From: a virus
Virus record (IMG/VR): IMGVR_UViG_3300028393_000022
Length of the DNA stretch: 64,000 nt
Reading direction: 5' to 3' (one strand)
In this document: piece by piece, positions 25,532 through 39,500 of the stretch
Layout of the letters: every line of letters starts with the position of its first letter
Position numbering within the stretch: the first letter of the stretch is position 1
Notes under the pieces: generated by a model
Databases searched by the model: none
The model's input: only the letters and a program-made list of their open reading frames with translations
Told to the model about the DNA's origin: nothing
Made by a program: the position numbers and the translations under genes

Positions 25532-27295
25532 TTATGTTTTTATGAGATAGAAGATTGGAAATCCATTTGTTCCAGACACGGTAGCAGTTGTTAAATTAGG
25601 AATTCTAAAAAATCCGGCAGTAGCTGTACCATAATTATTGTGAACAAGATTAAACAGACTTGTATAATTTGACGAAGTGTGCTGTGAGCCATCACATAAC
25701 AAATATCCTATCTGGGTAGATGTTACTGAAGGAATTATCATGCCTGTTTGTATTAAATTAGGATATACATCAGATAAAAAATTAGGCTTTGAAATACTAT
25801 TCAAAGATGTATTAGTATCAATTGAATCTAACACCATTAATGTCTGAGTGGGCGTAGTAGTCGATGTGCTAACTAAATCAGATATAAGACTTCTATGAGC
25901 AGTTGCCGTAAAGACAACGTTATTTGTTCCGTTAAACAATCCCTGGCCCGAATCTAAACATGCGGTTACTACGCCAGTTATACTAAGTTTTCTAGCAGTT
26001 TCTAATGTAGTAGCGGTAGTAACGCTTCCATAAATCTTAACATATGTGCTCGAGCTACCAATATTAGCCACGTAGATATTTTCAAAAGGCTTAGATGATG
26101 TTCCTATGCTCCTAGTTAAATTTGCAGGAATAATATCGCCAACTGTCACTGCCGACCCTGTAGAAATTTCAGATACTCCATGGATATTTAAATCACCGGC
26201 TATTGAGGTGTTTCCAGAAATTGCTGCCGATCCTGTAAGGGTAAGACCAACAGTTGCATTAGTCGGAGCTACAATTCTTAAATTATCTTTAACAATCGCA
26301 GAGCCATAACTAACAAATGTTCTAACTGTAGATTCACTGACAAATGAAGTTAATGTATTAATGTATACTGTTCCATTAGATCCGTCAAATTTTATGTAGG
26401 AGCTATTATACACTCCTATTTTTAATGAAGAACTAGCAGATGCGTAATTAAAAACAGCACCGGAAGAAGTGGTATAAATTTGAATCTCTTTACCATTTGT
26501 TCGTTTAACAAATAGTCCTGTGTTAGATTCTATTACAAGCGAGCCGTAGTGTGTTTGTCTGCTAGAAGTTGGAATTCTATTTTTTAAAATTTCACTGGCT
26601 AAAATAACTACACCTTTTGATATTTCCAGTGCGCTAGCCCTATCGGCTAGGCCGCCATATTTTGCGGAAACTTTTGTAGTAAGATTAATGCCTGGATTTA
26701 AATTAGAGAACCCGCTAATAACTGTCCTTGGTGTAAAACTATTATAAGCAATGATTTCAACAACATGCCCGTTTACCCAATTTAATATTACGGGGTAAGT
26801 TTCTCCAGTATTGCTTATTAAATTTACACTTTCACTACCTGTTTTACTATCACCGGTAGATACATTTGGACCTACTAATGTCCATTCATTTCCGTATCTA
26901 ATTTTAAGTTGGGTATTACCTGTATCAACCCACATATCCCCATCTAAAAGAGTTTGGCTGTATTGTATGCTAGGATCGTTCGACTGCTGATATATACCGG
27001 TTGCACTGGGCCAACGGGCACTTGTTGATGCACCGTTATTAATTCTTAGTATTTTTCTGCTAGGATCACTAGTATCATACCATAATTGTCCCTCTATAGG
27101 ACTTGTAGGAGGATTTGGACTGGCAAAGTTTTCTAATAATTTTACAAAGTTTTGTGCAATAGCTTGACCGTAGGCCACATATCCAGGTCCTACCAAATCT
27201 AAACTAGTATCATATGTATTTCTAACAGGACCAGTAACAGAAATTGTATTAGTTTTGCTAGGATCAGAAAAATTTAATGTATATGATAACGCCAT
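25532..27295 (-). CDS. Tail fibre protein with a C-terminal collar-like domain
   Basis: N-terminal anchor; C-terminal GYLLCDG...LF...YG...FRIPNL collar motif. Confidence 0.75.
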   Translation of the reverse strand: MALSYTLNFSDPSKTNTISVTGPVRNTYDTSLDLVGPGYVAYGQAIAQNFVKLLENFASPNPPTSPIEGQLWYDTSDPSRKILRINNGASTSARWPSATGIYQQSNDPSIQYSQTLLDGDMWVDTGNTQLKIRYGNEWTLVGPNVSTGDSKTGSESVNLISNTGETYPVILNWVNGHVVEIIAYNSFTPRTVISGFSNLNPGINLTTKVSAKYGGLADRASALEISKGVVILASEILKNRIPTSSRQTHYGSLVIESNTGLFVKRTNGKEIQIYTTSSGAVFNYASASSSLKIGVYNSSYIKFDGSNGTVYINTLTSFVSESTVRTFVSYGSAIVKDNLRIVAPTNATVGLTLTGSAAISGNTSIAGDLNIHGVSEISTGSAVTVGDIIPANLTRSIGTSSKPFENIYVANIGSSSTYVKIYGSVTTATTLETARKLSITGVVTACLDSGQGLFNGTNNVVFTATAHRSLISDLVSTSTTTPTQTLMVLDSIDTNTSLNSISKPNFLSDVYPNLIQTGMIIPSVTSTQIGYLLCDGSQHTSSNYTSLFNLVHNNYGTATAGFFRIPNLTTATVSGTNGFPIFYLIKT

Positions 27296-27297
27296 GA

Positions 27298-27963
27298 TTA
27301 GTTCCCAGAATTAGTTAAACTCTGAATTCGAATTGTGTAATCAATTTGAATCAATCTGTTCAAACTTTTTTGTACAGGGTGAAAAATTACATGAGTTAAT
27401 AGCATTCCGGTATTTGGGCCCTCGGTGCTAAAAGATTTTAAACCCAACTCATCAAATACATAAGCCCCGTCTGAATTAGTAGAATTATCAAACGCTGCTT
27501 GATCGCTCGGTTCTCCAAAATCTAATAAGCAACTTACCAGAACATCCGTATATGCAACGCCGGCCACATGCCTAGTTTCCATAAAATTTCTTGCAGGGTC
27601 TAGAGAATATGATTGTCGAGCATCAACGGTCTTGTAATAAGTTTGGTTATATAATGCTGCAATGTTACCAACGGTGTTGGGAGTTAGATATGTAATGATG
27701 CCAGTAGGATCTATACGTGTTCCGCCGTTGCCGAATACCATTTCGGCAATTGGTCCTTCTCCTCTATTTGCAACACTTTGTGCAAGGGCAATACTAAAAT
27801 TTTCATAATGTATAGCATTTCTTTTGTCAATGAATACTTCTTTAGTTTCAGGATCGTAGATTTTAATATGGCCCTGAATACTAACACCACTTTTTTCATT
27901 TGGTTTAGATTGGGGTGCCGGATTAGAATCTTTTGGTAAATTACTCATATTTTTATCTTCCAT
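27298..27963 (-). CDS. Putative virion structural protein
   Basis: Beta-rich (GHIKI...NAIH...FDELGL...HPVQKS); TAAATA at 27969-27974 on the minus strand upstream. Confidence 0.6.
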   Translation of the reverse strand: MEDKNMSNLPKDSNPAPQSKPNEKSGVSIQGHIKIYDPETKEVFIDKRNAIHYENFSIALAQSVANRGEGPIAEMVFGNGGTRIDPTGIITYLTPNTVGNIAALYNQTYYKTVDARQSYSLDPARNFMETRHVAGVAYTDVLVSCLLDFGEPSDQAAFDNSTNSDGAYVFDELGLKSFSTEGPNTGMLLTHVIFHPVQKSLNRLIQIDYTIRIQSLTNSGN

Positions 27964-27995
27964 AATGATATTTATCCATATAATTTATTAGCATG

Positions 27996-29657
27996 TTATC
28001 TTCCATAACGGTAAATCTTAGGTCTAGGCCAAGTCTGTCCTTGGGTAGGTCGATTGCCTAAATTTATTTTAGGTCCAATTTGTCCAAAAATTTGGCGTTC
28101 TTTATAAAAATAGAGATATCTATTTTCCGATCCTTGAAGATCGGTATAATCAGTTGCGCCGCCAGTTCCTGCTGTAATTTGATTTTTTGTAGAGTGGGAT
28201 TGTATATATGTAGATATTTGACTTTGTTTCATTGTAGGCCAGGTTTCAGCAACGCAGGCAACCACACCTGCGACCTGAGGACTAGCCATGGATGTTCCAG
28301 ATTTTTTAGAAATATAATACGCAGTATTTCTAACATCATTTGAGAATGCGTTAATGGTTGAATTTACAGAACTCATTATATAACTACCGGGAGCATAAAG
28401 ATCTACCCTAGGGCCGCAGTTACTAAACGATGCCTTAGCTTCATTAACAGTTGATCCGACACATCCTACGCAAATTGCACCAAGTACTGCTGTAATTGAT
28501 CCACGCAAATAATAATATATAAAGGACCCAACGGCAAAATAATTATTGTAATCATCAGTAACAGTTGCGCTGTAATTGCTTACCTTGCTAAACTGATTTC
28601 CGGCGGCGCCTACAACTATTACTCCGGCGGCCATAAGATCAATTAAATCTTGTTCTATTGAAGTATTCCTTACTGAAGGATACGCATAACCACCAGTATT
28701 GTATATTCCGTAGTTACTTAATTGCAAACTTGTAAATGGACCATTTATAATTGTTCCATTTATTCTAACAGAAGTAATTGAAGTAATTGCAACTTTTCCA
28801 GTTAATCCGTAACTGTGATTTGTAACGGTTGGATTTTTAATACCAGTTATTGGGTTGGGCAATTTATTTTGATGCCACACTTTGACGTAGTCGATGAAAT
28901 AAATTGTAGATGCACTAGGACTGCTTGCATACGGACTTATATTATATATATTAGCATCATGGGCCCAACCTTGTGTATTGCCTGCTGTAATTCCAGCAAC
29001 GTGTGTTCCGTGATCGTTATCGGTTGTTCTGTCTGAATATCCATCTCCATTAGTATCGGGATAAGTTGGATCAACATAGGGAGTATAGATATATGTACCC
29101 GCAGATCCTCCAGTAACTGTAGGATTTAAATTGAACCAATTATACTGAACTACTCTAGATCCTCCTGTACCATCATTATTGACTGCAAACTCGGGGTGAT
29201 TAGGATTCATATGCCCGTCTACTATGACAACATCTACATTTTTACCGCTAGCAGTTACATTAATTTCTCCAGTGACTGATGACACAGCACCGTTAGATCC
29301 CCAACTAGGTCGAGTTGCTCCCTCGACTGATCTTAATAATCCCCAATTTTTGTAATTATCTGCAACTGAATTGGATTTATTCCAGTATATACTTACTTCT
29401 GTCCAGCTTGGACTTAAAATTAATCCCTGTTCTTTAATTGATAGATCGACTTCTAGAACCCTAGGATCATGTCTAATCTGATTGGCTTCTTCTTCAGTTA
29501 ACAAATAATGTGTATTTCTGCTAACTGGTCGTCTATTGAAAACTTCGACTGCTCTATCAGGAATATATAAATTTCCACCAGGAGTTTCCATATCCTCATA
29601 GAATGAGTCTAAGTCCTCATGCTTGTGTAAAGTTACAACATATTCGCAAGTTTCCAT
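27996..29657 (-). CDS. Subtilisin-like S8 serine protease
   Basis: Catalytic motifs VIVDG, HGTHVAG and GTSMASPQVAG; AAGN oxyanion hole. Confidence 0.92.
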   Translation of the reverse strand: METCEYVVTLHKHEDLDSFYEDMETPGGNLYIPDRAVEVFNRRPVSRNTHYLLTEEEANQIRHDPRVLEVDLSIKEQGLILSPSWTEVSIYWNKSNSVADNYKNWGLLRSVEGATRPSWGSNGAVSSVTGEINVTASGKNVDVVIVDGHMNPNHPEFAVNNDGTGGSRVVQYNWFNLNPTVTGGSAGTYIYTPYVDPTYPDTNGDGYSDRTTDNDHGTHVAGITAGNTQGWAHDANIYNISPYASSPSASTIYFIDYVKVWHQNKLPNPITGIKNPTVTNHSYGLTGKVAITSITSVRINGTIINGPFTSLQLSNYGIYNTGGYAYPSVRNTSIEQDLIDLMAAGVIVVGAAGNQFSKVSNYSATVTDDYNNYFAVGSFIYYYLRGSITAVLGAICVGCVGSTVNEAKASFSNCGPRVDLYAPGSYIMSSVNSTINAFSNDVRNTAYYISKKSGTSMASPQVAGVVACVAETWPTMKQSQISTYIQSHSTKNQITAGTGGATDYTDLQGSENRYLYFYKERQIFGQIGPKINLGNRPTQGQTWPRPKIYRYGR

Positions 29658-29658
29658 A

Positions 29659-30510
29659 TTAGGCTTCCAATTGTAATAAGTTTAATGTTACAGTTATAAC
29701 TCTTGAAGAGATGTCTTTATTGGTAACTGCCAAATATATAGTAGATGTAGTGACAGTATCATTATTAAATCCGACAACTCCCGGAGTAATTAATTGTGTT
29801 AATGCAGTAGCGGTAGTAATAACTTCTGCAATAACGCCAGCGCCCGGTAACGGATCATTACCTTCTGATCTAGCAGCATCGGCAGTTCTACTAGCAGCAT
29901 CGGTGTATATTCTAACCCATGCAGGATAGTTAGTAACAACTTTTGACAATAGATAAGACTTGTATCCAGATGCTTGACAATTTCCAGTTTGATTTGTAGC
30001 TAAACTTGATCCAGTGATTGCTGCAACCGACGACCTCGATGATAATCCTATACCCGTTCCAACAGTAAACGGTCTCCACATATTAGTACTTGTGCTCCAT
30101 ACCAGGGCCTGACCATTAGTCGGGCGTACTGTTGTTGTATCGACATCGATAAATGAATCAATGCTGGTTGCAGTATAAGGAGCAGGACTTCCAATTAAAG
30201 ACAAATAGTTGCCCGTTGTCGAAACGGCGGCCAGTGTGATCCAGGTAGTAGTATAATTTGCATTTGTAAGTTTTGATAAAACTTGTCCAGCAATACCGCC
30301 TGTTGGCACCCCAATACCGTCAATTCCATTAACTCCATTAGTACCGGTATTTCCCTTGGGTCCTTTAAATCCATCATTGGTTAAATCAGTTTTAAGCTGA
30401 GTTTTAAAAGTTTGATAAGTAAGTCGTTTCGTAAGTTTATTGTCAACTACAACAAACGTTGTTAGATCTGTTGCGACAGCAATAGTTGGTAATAGCGTAA
30501 TATTTGGCAT
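29659..30510 (-). CDS. Virion fibre protein with a short collagen-like stretch
   Basis: GFKGPKGNTGTNGVNGIDG; Thr-rich. Confidence 0.6.
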   Translation of the reverse strand: MPNITLLPTIAVATDLTTFVVVDNKLTKRLTYQTFKTQLKTDLTNDGFKGPKGNTGTNGVNGIDGIGVPTGGIAGQVLSKLTNANYTTTWITLAAVSTTGNYLSLIGSPAPYTATSIDSFIDVDTTTVRPTNGQALVWSTSTNMWRPFTVGTGIGLSSRSSVAAITGSSLATNQTGNCQASGYKSYLLSKVVTNYPAWVRIYTDAASRTADAARSEGNDPLPGAGVIAEVITTATALTQLITPGVVGFNNDTVTTSTIYLAVTNKDISSRVITVTLNLLQLEA

Positions 30511-30511
30511 T

Positions 30512-33500
30512 TTAATATCCTTGTAAAGGTTCTCCGTTTTCGTCTGTTAGCGCATTGCTTTCTTCAGTTAGCATGTTATCTCCACCATAGAAATATATAT
30601 TAGGTAAGTCAGCTGTTCTAAAACGTAAGAATGTAGCCTGTGTTCCTGTACTTGATAACAATGAAGTCGAAGCAGTATCTTCCCAGAACTCGCCTTGTCT
30701 TTGTACTATTGTAATCCTTGTACCTGCTTTTATTTCTTCAGCAATATTTAATGTAATTTTTGTCGGTTCAATAAAAGTTAATGGCCATGCTATAGTAATT
30801 GCATCTGCAAAGCCAACACCCCAACCATTAAATAGATCATTATGTCCTGAATAAACAACTATATATCGGTGTCCGCTAGCATCCTGCATAATCCATCCCG
30901 GTTGTATCTTCATTGTTTCTGTAGTTTCATGAAACACCCAACCTGATCCATACTGTATATGGCCACCATTTACCATTTCAGTAACTAGTACAGTCTTTGG
31001 CATATTAATACTAAATTCTGGAGGATATACTATTGTACTTTCTGGAGAATTATAATAAGATATAGATTTATCATGTACTTCTAAAGAAGTCTTTCTCAGT
31101 CTGCGTCCTCCATAATAAACTTCAACTTGATCAACTGCATTAGCTAAGTTGGATAGTATAATTCCTGCTCCAACGCTAGTGGTTGTATTAACTGAAAAAG
31201 TAGCGGTGTTGCCTATTGTACTAATAATATATGTAGTAGCAGTCGACGTAGGAATGTGTTGTACTAAATTACGATACACTGTAGGAATAGATTGCCTAAC
31301 ACTTTGATCGATAACCTTTGTACCAATATCCGAGAACAATGCAGGACCTGTGCCCAATGTGCTTCTTCTCAACTGACTTAACACATTTCCATCTTTTTCC
31401 AAATATTCGATACGCTCGCCATCGATATAAACAACACCTGGTAAGTTTAATCCAGGATTAGGTTCTAGTAAGTGGTCTCCATCTTCAACAAATACTCTAT
31501 CACTATCATATGTCAATGGCTCTGTTAGAGCTGTGCTAAAATATTTTGATATGCGGTGAAAATCTTGTCTATTGAACATATCATTGAACAGTCTAAATCC
31601 TAAAATTTTATCATCAAAGGTCGGAGGATTTACTGTAACTATCACTATGTCGTCGGTTAATCCCACGTCAATAAATTCTGACAATTCAATAGTCTTATAA
31701 TCATCGAGTAACATGTAATCATAACCACCAATTAATGGTTTGTTGTTAACAGTTACCCATGTATAGCTTTCATTGATTGCTGGAAGTGTTAATGTAAATT
31801 TTCTAGAGTAATTTCCTTTGAATCGTTCTGTTCTAATCAGCATATTATCGTGATTGGTAAAAGTGGTTACCTTAATAGTAGCATCAGAGATAGGCGATGA
31901 AAAATACAATGTATCGCCTGCAACCGTGTATTCGTAATCCACCATTGGAGTGATTGCAATAGCATCGCCAGTTCTGATTGTTGGTACTAAGATTGTTATA
32001 GTTTCATTAATTACATTAACTGCGAAATCATATCCCGGACGCAATTCTTTTCCATTTAGGTATACTTTGACATTGTCTAAACTATATGTGCTCGGACGAG
32101 AGTTTTTAGGATCAATTGCAAATGTTGTAATTCCAGATCGAATTTTATAGTAAGTCGCCCACGGAGGAAGCATTCTGTATCTTCCTGTTGAAGTTATTTT
32201 CTCAACAATTATTTCTTCACTTAGTGGTTCAATAATAGTTGGAGGCATCGCTAGTATCATACTAGTGATCGAAGAAGAAGAAGAAGAAACTGTATTAAAT
32301 TGTTCATATACTCTGTTAAAAACAGGATATACCGCATCAAAGAACCATGCTTCGAATGTATAAGATCCTGAATTTAATCCATAAATTTTTACAGAAGCTC
32401 GATTGTTAACTAGGCTAACTGGTTCCAAAGTATATCCATAATTATATCCTGGAAGGAGTAGAGGAACCGGATGTCCGTTTGCAAGAACATAAACACTCTT
32501 GACATCGTCTATCATCAATAAACTAGATACCATTGCAGTGCCTGTACCTTCAATTGTAGAAATGTCAACTGCTATAAAACTACTATCCATTTTAACATCA
32601 GATCCCACAGTGATGAAAGTATATCCAATTTTTGTTATAGCCAGTTGTGCAGGAACAATAATTTCATTTCCAAAAATAGCATACTGAGTAGATGAACTAA
32701 ATGCACCTTCGTTGTCCACTCTGGTATAAGTTATTCCATTTGCATACACTAAAAATCCAGCAGGAGTTGCTGGAACATAAGTTAGTTTGGCTCTAGTAGG
32801 AACATTAGTAATTGCAGTAAACACACCAGATTGTACCAACGGAGAAGAAGGAGTTCCCACAGTATAGACATTAATTCCTAGAGAGTCTCTTACATAGCCT
32901 GGAACACATTCTTCTGGTGCGTGACTATCTATTTCATTTAAGAAATTATTACCATCAATTCTAATATCTTCTGCTTTGTATCCATTAAAATTATCTTGTA
33001 TATAGGAACCACTAATTAAAGAATCTAAATTACTATATTCAGTATTATAACTATAAAATTCTATTTCAGTAAAATCATATAATTTAACATCTACAGTCCC
33101 AGATAAAATTGCACCGGTTGCATTTTGTACAGATACAATTGATCTATTATAACCGTCAACTGAATTTGTTACACTATACCACACTGTATCAGTACTTGTT
33201 GACAATACTTCAGTAGAGTTTAGATACACAGAAGCACGGGCGGTCTGCTCAACAGTAGCAAGGATATTTACAACCAAATGTGTACTGCTATCAAAAGTAG
33301 TAACTGTGTGATCAATTAATTTATTTTTGCTATTAACATAGCTCACATTTTCACTTAATAGATCAAAATATGGAAAACGGCCACTGAGTGGCATGAGCGG
33401 GAGAACAGTTGCCGTGCTGCTTAAAGTAAATTGAGATTTAAATTGAATTTGATTAGTTGTAGCTGCTTCAACATATGCAAATTGATTATATCCAGGGTCC

Positions 33501-36500
33501 AAACTACCAGCAATGCTACCATACGACTTAAGGGGGCCGCTCAGGTACATATTAGGAGGAATACTATATCCCATTCCCGGGTTGGTAACTTGTATAATTG
33601 TGGCAGTATTTCCATCAAATAGCGGAACAGCAGTAGCTTGAATGCCGCCAGGAAAATCTGGAGGGGCAATTATTACTGAAACTGAAGGAATATCTGTGTA
33701 GGTATTAACTACAGGTCTGCTTCCTCTAACAAAGTATATAGTTTCAATTCCATATCCGGCAAGACTGTTTACGCCGTAAATTTTAACTCGATCTCCTTTT
33801 GAAATTGCAGTACGGAAAGGATCTTTAGTTTCTATAGTTATAGTAGAACCTTTGGCGGTACCAGTAGACCAAGCATAAAAAATTTGTGTATCGACTCGAT
33901 CTAATGTACTTATATACACGATACCATCTTTGCGTTCTGGAAGTGGACGGTTCACACCTGTAACTACAGTTCCAGGTTTAAAAATTTGATTATATGTTGA
34001 GGTACCAGCAAATCCAATTGATTGTCCTGGAAAAATTCCGTCAATAGATGCTACAGAAAAAGCCTGGGTGGGGAAATATAAATCTTGGAGTAATTGTGTT
34101 TTAGTATAAGAACTAAGAGTATCTCCCCAGGGCGCAGAGTCAAACCCTGTGCCAGTGCTATCCCAGTTAGGTGTTTGTTCAAACTTTAATCCTTGGATTT
34201 GTGTTCCGGAATATTCAATGCCGTCCATTAGCAACGGTAATTCTTTACCTGGCATCAAATCTGTGGGATTATACATTTTGTTAATTCTATCTACAGCATT
34301 ATATAGGTCAATATTTTTGTTATAGGTAATTTTAAAAACTTGTTCAAAATTAGGAATCTGATTTAAAAATACAAATTTGGCATAATGTCTAATATTATCG
34401 GGCAAGTTATTAGGCGTAATAGTATTAAAGTATTTGTATCGGTGATCGATCATTCTTTCACCTTCCCAGGAATTTCTAGGGAATGCTGCGGGAATATTGA
34501 TACCATCTTTTTCAACTTTTATCTGATAATATTCAATTGTATAATCAGCACTATATACCAATTTTCCATCTACTAAAGGTGTAATTGTTTTTTTATCCGG
34601 GCTAGCAAGCCAAGTTAATGTAAATTTGTTGGTTGTTCCGTCGCATAAAAATTCATCAGTCACTGTTAGATCGATTAAGTCACCCGATGAAGAAGTTCTA
34701 TCAAACTTAATACCAATAAGATTTTTTCTTGTATTAATGTTATCCATTATTACAGATACCCTTGCTACATCAATGACAGAACCACCGCCTACAATAGTTG
34801 CAAGAGGAGTAGCAGTGTACCCGCTTCCTGGGTTGGTTACAATTACTTTATAAACTTTTCCATTTCTAATGTACGCTTCAGCTTCGGCACCTGATCCAGA
34901 ATCTCCAGGAGCCGTGGTAATTACGACCGTGGGTCTTTCACTATATCCCGATCCGGTGTATCCTACTTCAATTGAACCAACAAATAATTTATAATTATCG
35001 TTCCAATTTTTCCATGGATAATTCATTAATATAGGATCGCCAACATTGACAGTTGTTAAAGAATTAGTCAAAGTATTAACATATGCAGGTAAATCAAAAT
35101 CTGTAATGTTAAGGTTAAAGCCTTCAGATGTTTGACCGTCAACATGACTATATATTGAAGTATAACTACGTATCTTGGTATGATAAGGTTTTACTTCTTT
35201 TATATATTCTTCAAAGTAAGATTCATTGTTTAATTTATAAACAGACGGCTGATCCAGTGATCCTATATTATTTGACACATTAATAAAAGAAGTTTTAAAT
35301 GCCCAGTCTAATAATTTTTGTTCCGTTAGTGCAAATTTAACCGCAGCAAAAAAGAATAAGTTCCAATTAACTTTTAAATCATTAATAAAAATATTATTTT
35401 TTAATGCTAAAAGAATATAGTACAGTTCTTGATCAGGAATTTGATTATACGGAGTTTCTTCAATTGATGCTGCATCATATAGATATTTTCCCTTTGTATA
35501 ATCCCACAACGTGTCAAGCAGTTGAATTGTTCCTAGTTCTCTATATATTATGTCGTATAATGGAATATAATTTCCTAATCCATTAACTTTCTTTAATATA
35601 GCATACCGACCATCGCCTATATTTTTAACTTTGACATACTCGCCGTCGGTAATTGACGTTAACGAACCCAATTCAGATAGATTAGAAATAGTATAGGTCA
35701 AACTTTTATACGAATCAAATTCAGAACTTACCCAATCAACTGCTGTCCAAAATTTTGTAGTGTCGTATTTTTGTGTTTGAGTTTTTATCCAAGTACGAAA
35801 CACATAATCAAAAGTGTGTTTAGACCACTTACCGTTAATATCAGAATTAGTTTGAACAATAACAGTATGAGGCCGTACTGTTGTTTGAACATTAATATCA
35901 GTATATCCACTACCTGGATTAATGATTGTTACAGAAATAACTCGACCTTGCGTATCAATAGTTGTTGTTATCTCAGCAGGCGTTAAAGATGAAGAAATAA
36001 TATTAATTTTAGGAGCAATACTATAACCAAAACCAGGATTTGTTATGATTACATTTTTTACTTTTCCATTTTCTGCATAACATTCTAATTCTGCTTGAAC
36101 ATATCTAACTGTATAGATTTCGTTTAATGCATCTAAGTCTTCGACTATTTGATCATATTCGTATGAATATAGTGCAGGAAGTTCTTCTTTTTTATTAAGA
36201 TTTTCAAAAGAATAATTTCCCACTATTCTATTTTTTACAAATACTGAATTTATAAAAGAAATTAAATTTCGTAATGCAGCAAGTCTGTCTTTAAAGAATG
36301 TTTGCTGAGGACGGATTCCGATTCCGTATCTATTTCTATATGTAAGATTTGTACTAGGAACAACATTACCCAAAGAATCATGTCCTAATAAACTGTCAAA
36401 TAATTTTTTCTCAAGTAATGTATTAGGAACATTCGTGTGATCTCCTTCGTTTAATAATAACCATTCAGTATGTTTGGGAATTATTGAATTTGCATCAGTC

Positions 36501-39500
36501 GAAATACTGGCATTGATTCTATTCCCAACTAACATAGATTGCACATTGGCAAATGCAACAGCATTAGGCGATATTATTTCTATAAACTTTAATCCATTAG
36601 CTGTTGGATCTGCAATATAGCTAGCAACTTGATAACTGCTTAATCTTCTATTATTGTTAGGTAATGTTAATTTATTCTTTACCCAGAAATAATAAACATT
36701 CTCAAAGGAACCAGTGACATTGTTAAACACTTGTTTAACAGAAATAATACTATTATCGGGATACTTAGGTTGACCGCTGATACCTTTTGTTAGTCCGTTA
36801 TTTGTGTCAGCTACTGCGGCCCACTCACTAGGTAACATATCAGATTTTACCCATTCATAGACATCAATAGTAGCTCCTGGGAACATACGTCCCCAATTAT
36901 TTTTTCTAAATATTTCGTTGCCTTGCTCGTACCACATATATTTGGCAGTACTTAAATCCCACCACAGGTCTCCAATATGTTCATCTAACCAGTTTGTCTC
37001 ATTATTAACAATAGTGCTGGCTAAACCGATAGAGTAGGTAGCAGGATCAAATGCTGCTTTATATTTTAATTCTTGTTCAGCAATGCCGGCAATCTTGCCT
37101 TTTACAGGATCAACAACATCGAGGTAATTGACAATTTCTTCTTTTAAAGTATCAATTAGTGCAACACGGTTAATTGATGAAACATCGACTGTATCTTCTT
37201 GTTCTCTTAATATTTTCCAACTACCGCTAGTAATATCAATCTTATTGAAGATATATAATTTAGATTCGTCAGATATCAAAGGCGATGCCGAGTATTGTTG
37301 ACTAGTCGGAGCTCCAATAATAACTTCATGATTAGTTGCTACAACAGAATTTCCATATCTGCTGCCTTTTAAAATAACGGTATCATTTAATTCATCTGCC
37401 TGGATAAAATAATTTCCTATTTTATTATAAACATAAACTGTTCCTGCATCTTCAACAGATTCAAAAAACTTGGTAGAATCGCCGTCAAATGTTGTTTGTC
37501 CAACATTGATAGATGCATCATAAACTTGTTTTTTACTTCTATTTTTACCCAATGCACTAATTGCAATAGTAAGTTCGTCTTTACTGATAGAAATAGAATG
37601 ACCAAATTTTAAATCATTGGTAGGTAAGGGGTTGCTAATAATTTGATTTAAGACATACATTCCGTTAGTCAATGTGTAAATTACAACTTTTCCGTACGGG
37701 TCATTAGTAGACTTTGTTTCAGGGGCTGATATTAGTAAATATTTTTTTGACTCTGAAAAAGCAATATCGTATCCAAATTTAGAATTAACACCGAACGGTG
37801 AGTTAATTGTTTGCGTATGTGTTAAATTAATATCAAATAATTGAACAACGCCTGTTGATGTAAAATACCCAGGCGCACTAATTGCAATAGTTGTGCCGTT
37901 GAGTGTTCCTGCAACTTTATATCCCCATTGGTTTCCAGCAGACAATGAAATAGATGAAGTTGATACAACCAGAGGTACTGTATTGGTTAAAGTAAATCCC
38001 TTGACAGTTGCAGTAGTCACATTAGTAATTGTATTTGTTATAGCAGTGATTTTATAAGCATACACTGATCCAGGGCCATTAAAGGATGCGGTACCAGGGG
38101 CACTAACTAGCATTGTAGTGGAGCCGGTGGATACTTGATTAATATATATAGAATGGCCAAATCTAGAATTAGCAGCAGTATCGGCAGTCGTACCGTAAGG
38201 ATTTACCAATACTAAATCAACATTAATTACACCAAATTCTTCGTCTCTACTGTTTATCTTAACTAAACCTTCCTTGACAAAAGATTTAATTTCTCCAGAT
38301 CCCGTACTTAAAATTACGGTACCAGTTCCGATTGTTGTAGACCTAACAAAAGTAGCGTCCGGCGCACCGGCAATATATAATTTTTTATTAATGTCGTACT
38401 GTAATGAATATCCAAATTGTGTAGAGCTAGTACTACTACAATATTGTTTACTGCTGCTATTTAAAATGTAATCGTATTGTCGAGACCACACATTATTAAT
38501 TTTATTGTAGACTTTAATTCGGCCCCAATTAAATGCATTCTCAAGTCTCCATCCCGGAGCTGATACCAACATAACATCACTGTTATCATTGGCATATATA
38601 GAAGAACCAAATTGTTGTCCTAGGGAGGCGGTAGACGCTGCATTAACGGTAGGTGAATAATTTTTAATTTTTTCATAAACTTGCCATTTACCATCAATAC
38701 CAGTATCAATCCAGACTTTGTCTCCCGAGTTTAATTTCAACAAATCTGTAATAGTGCTCAGTTCATCGAGATTGTTGTACCTGGCGCTGCTAAATGTGAA
38801 TAAAGAACCATAGTTTAATAGTTCTGCATTTTCAATAGTAGTTAGAGTAGAAGATACTGTAAATTGATTTAATTCAGATATTGAAGTAACAACATATACT
38901 CCATTAACTTGTTGATTAAATCTGACTATAGAAACAATATCTCCTGCTGTTAGATTATGATAACTGTCTGTAACAAATGTAATTTCGCTACCAGGGGCGC
39001 TAACATAAACACCTGTTATCTCTGCTAATTGTTTTACGTATCTATAAACTGTCCAATCACCATTTTCTAAAAAGCCTAACCATATGGTATCGCCTTCTTT
39101 TAAGATATGGTTATTTGCAATATCTAATAAACTATTTTTATTATAAGCCGTTGATGTAATGTCATCTAATCGAACATATCCTGCGGTTGTTAATTTTAAA
39201 TTATTATCTTCCCATGTTCCTTTATAGGAATCAAATGTATTTGAAGGAACATAATTATTAGGTGTTAGTAGCAAAGAAGCCGATGTTACATAGTTAACCA
39301 AAGGAGCAGTAACAGTCGGAATGCTGTCAGTAAATTTAACGATATAGGGATTTTCTAGAGCAGTGCCCTCTGTTAAAGGAAATTCAATTTCATTAAATGA
39401 GTTGTAGCTCCCATACTGACCTACTCTAAATGCCCATTCTTCTTTAAAGGTAATATTCCCTTTATTTGTATTTTGAGCAGCCTTTGATAACTTATCAAGT

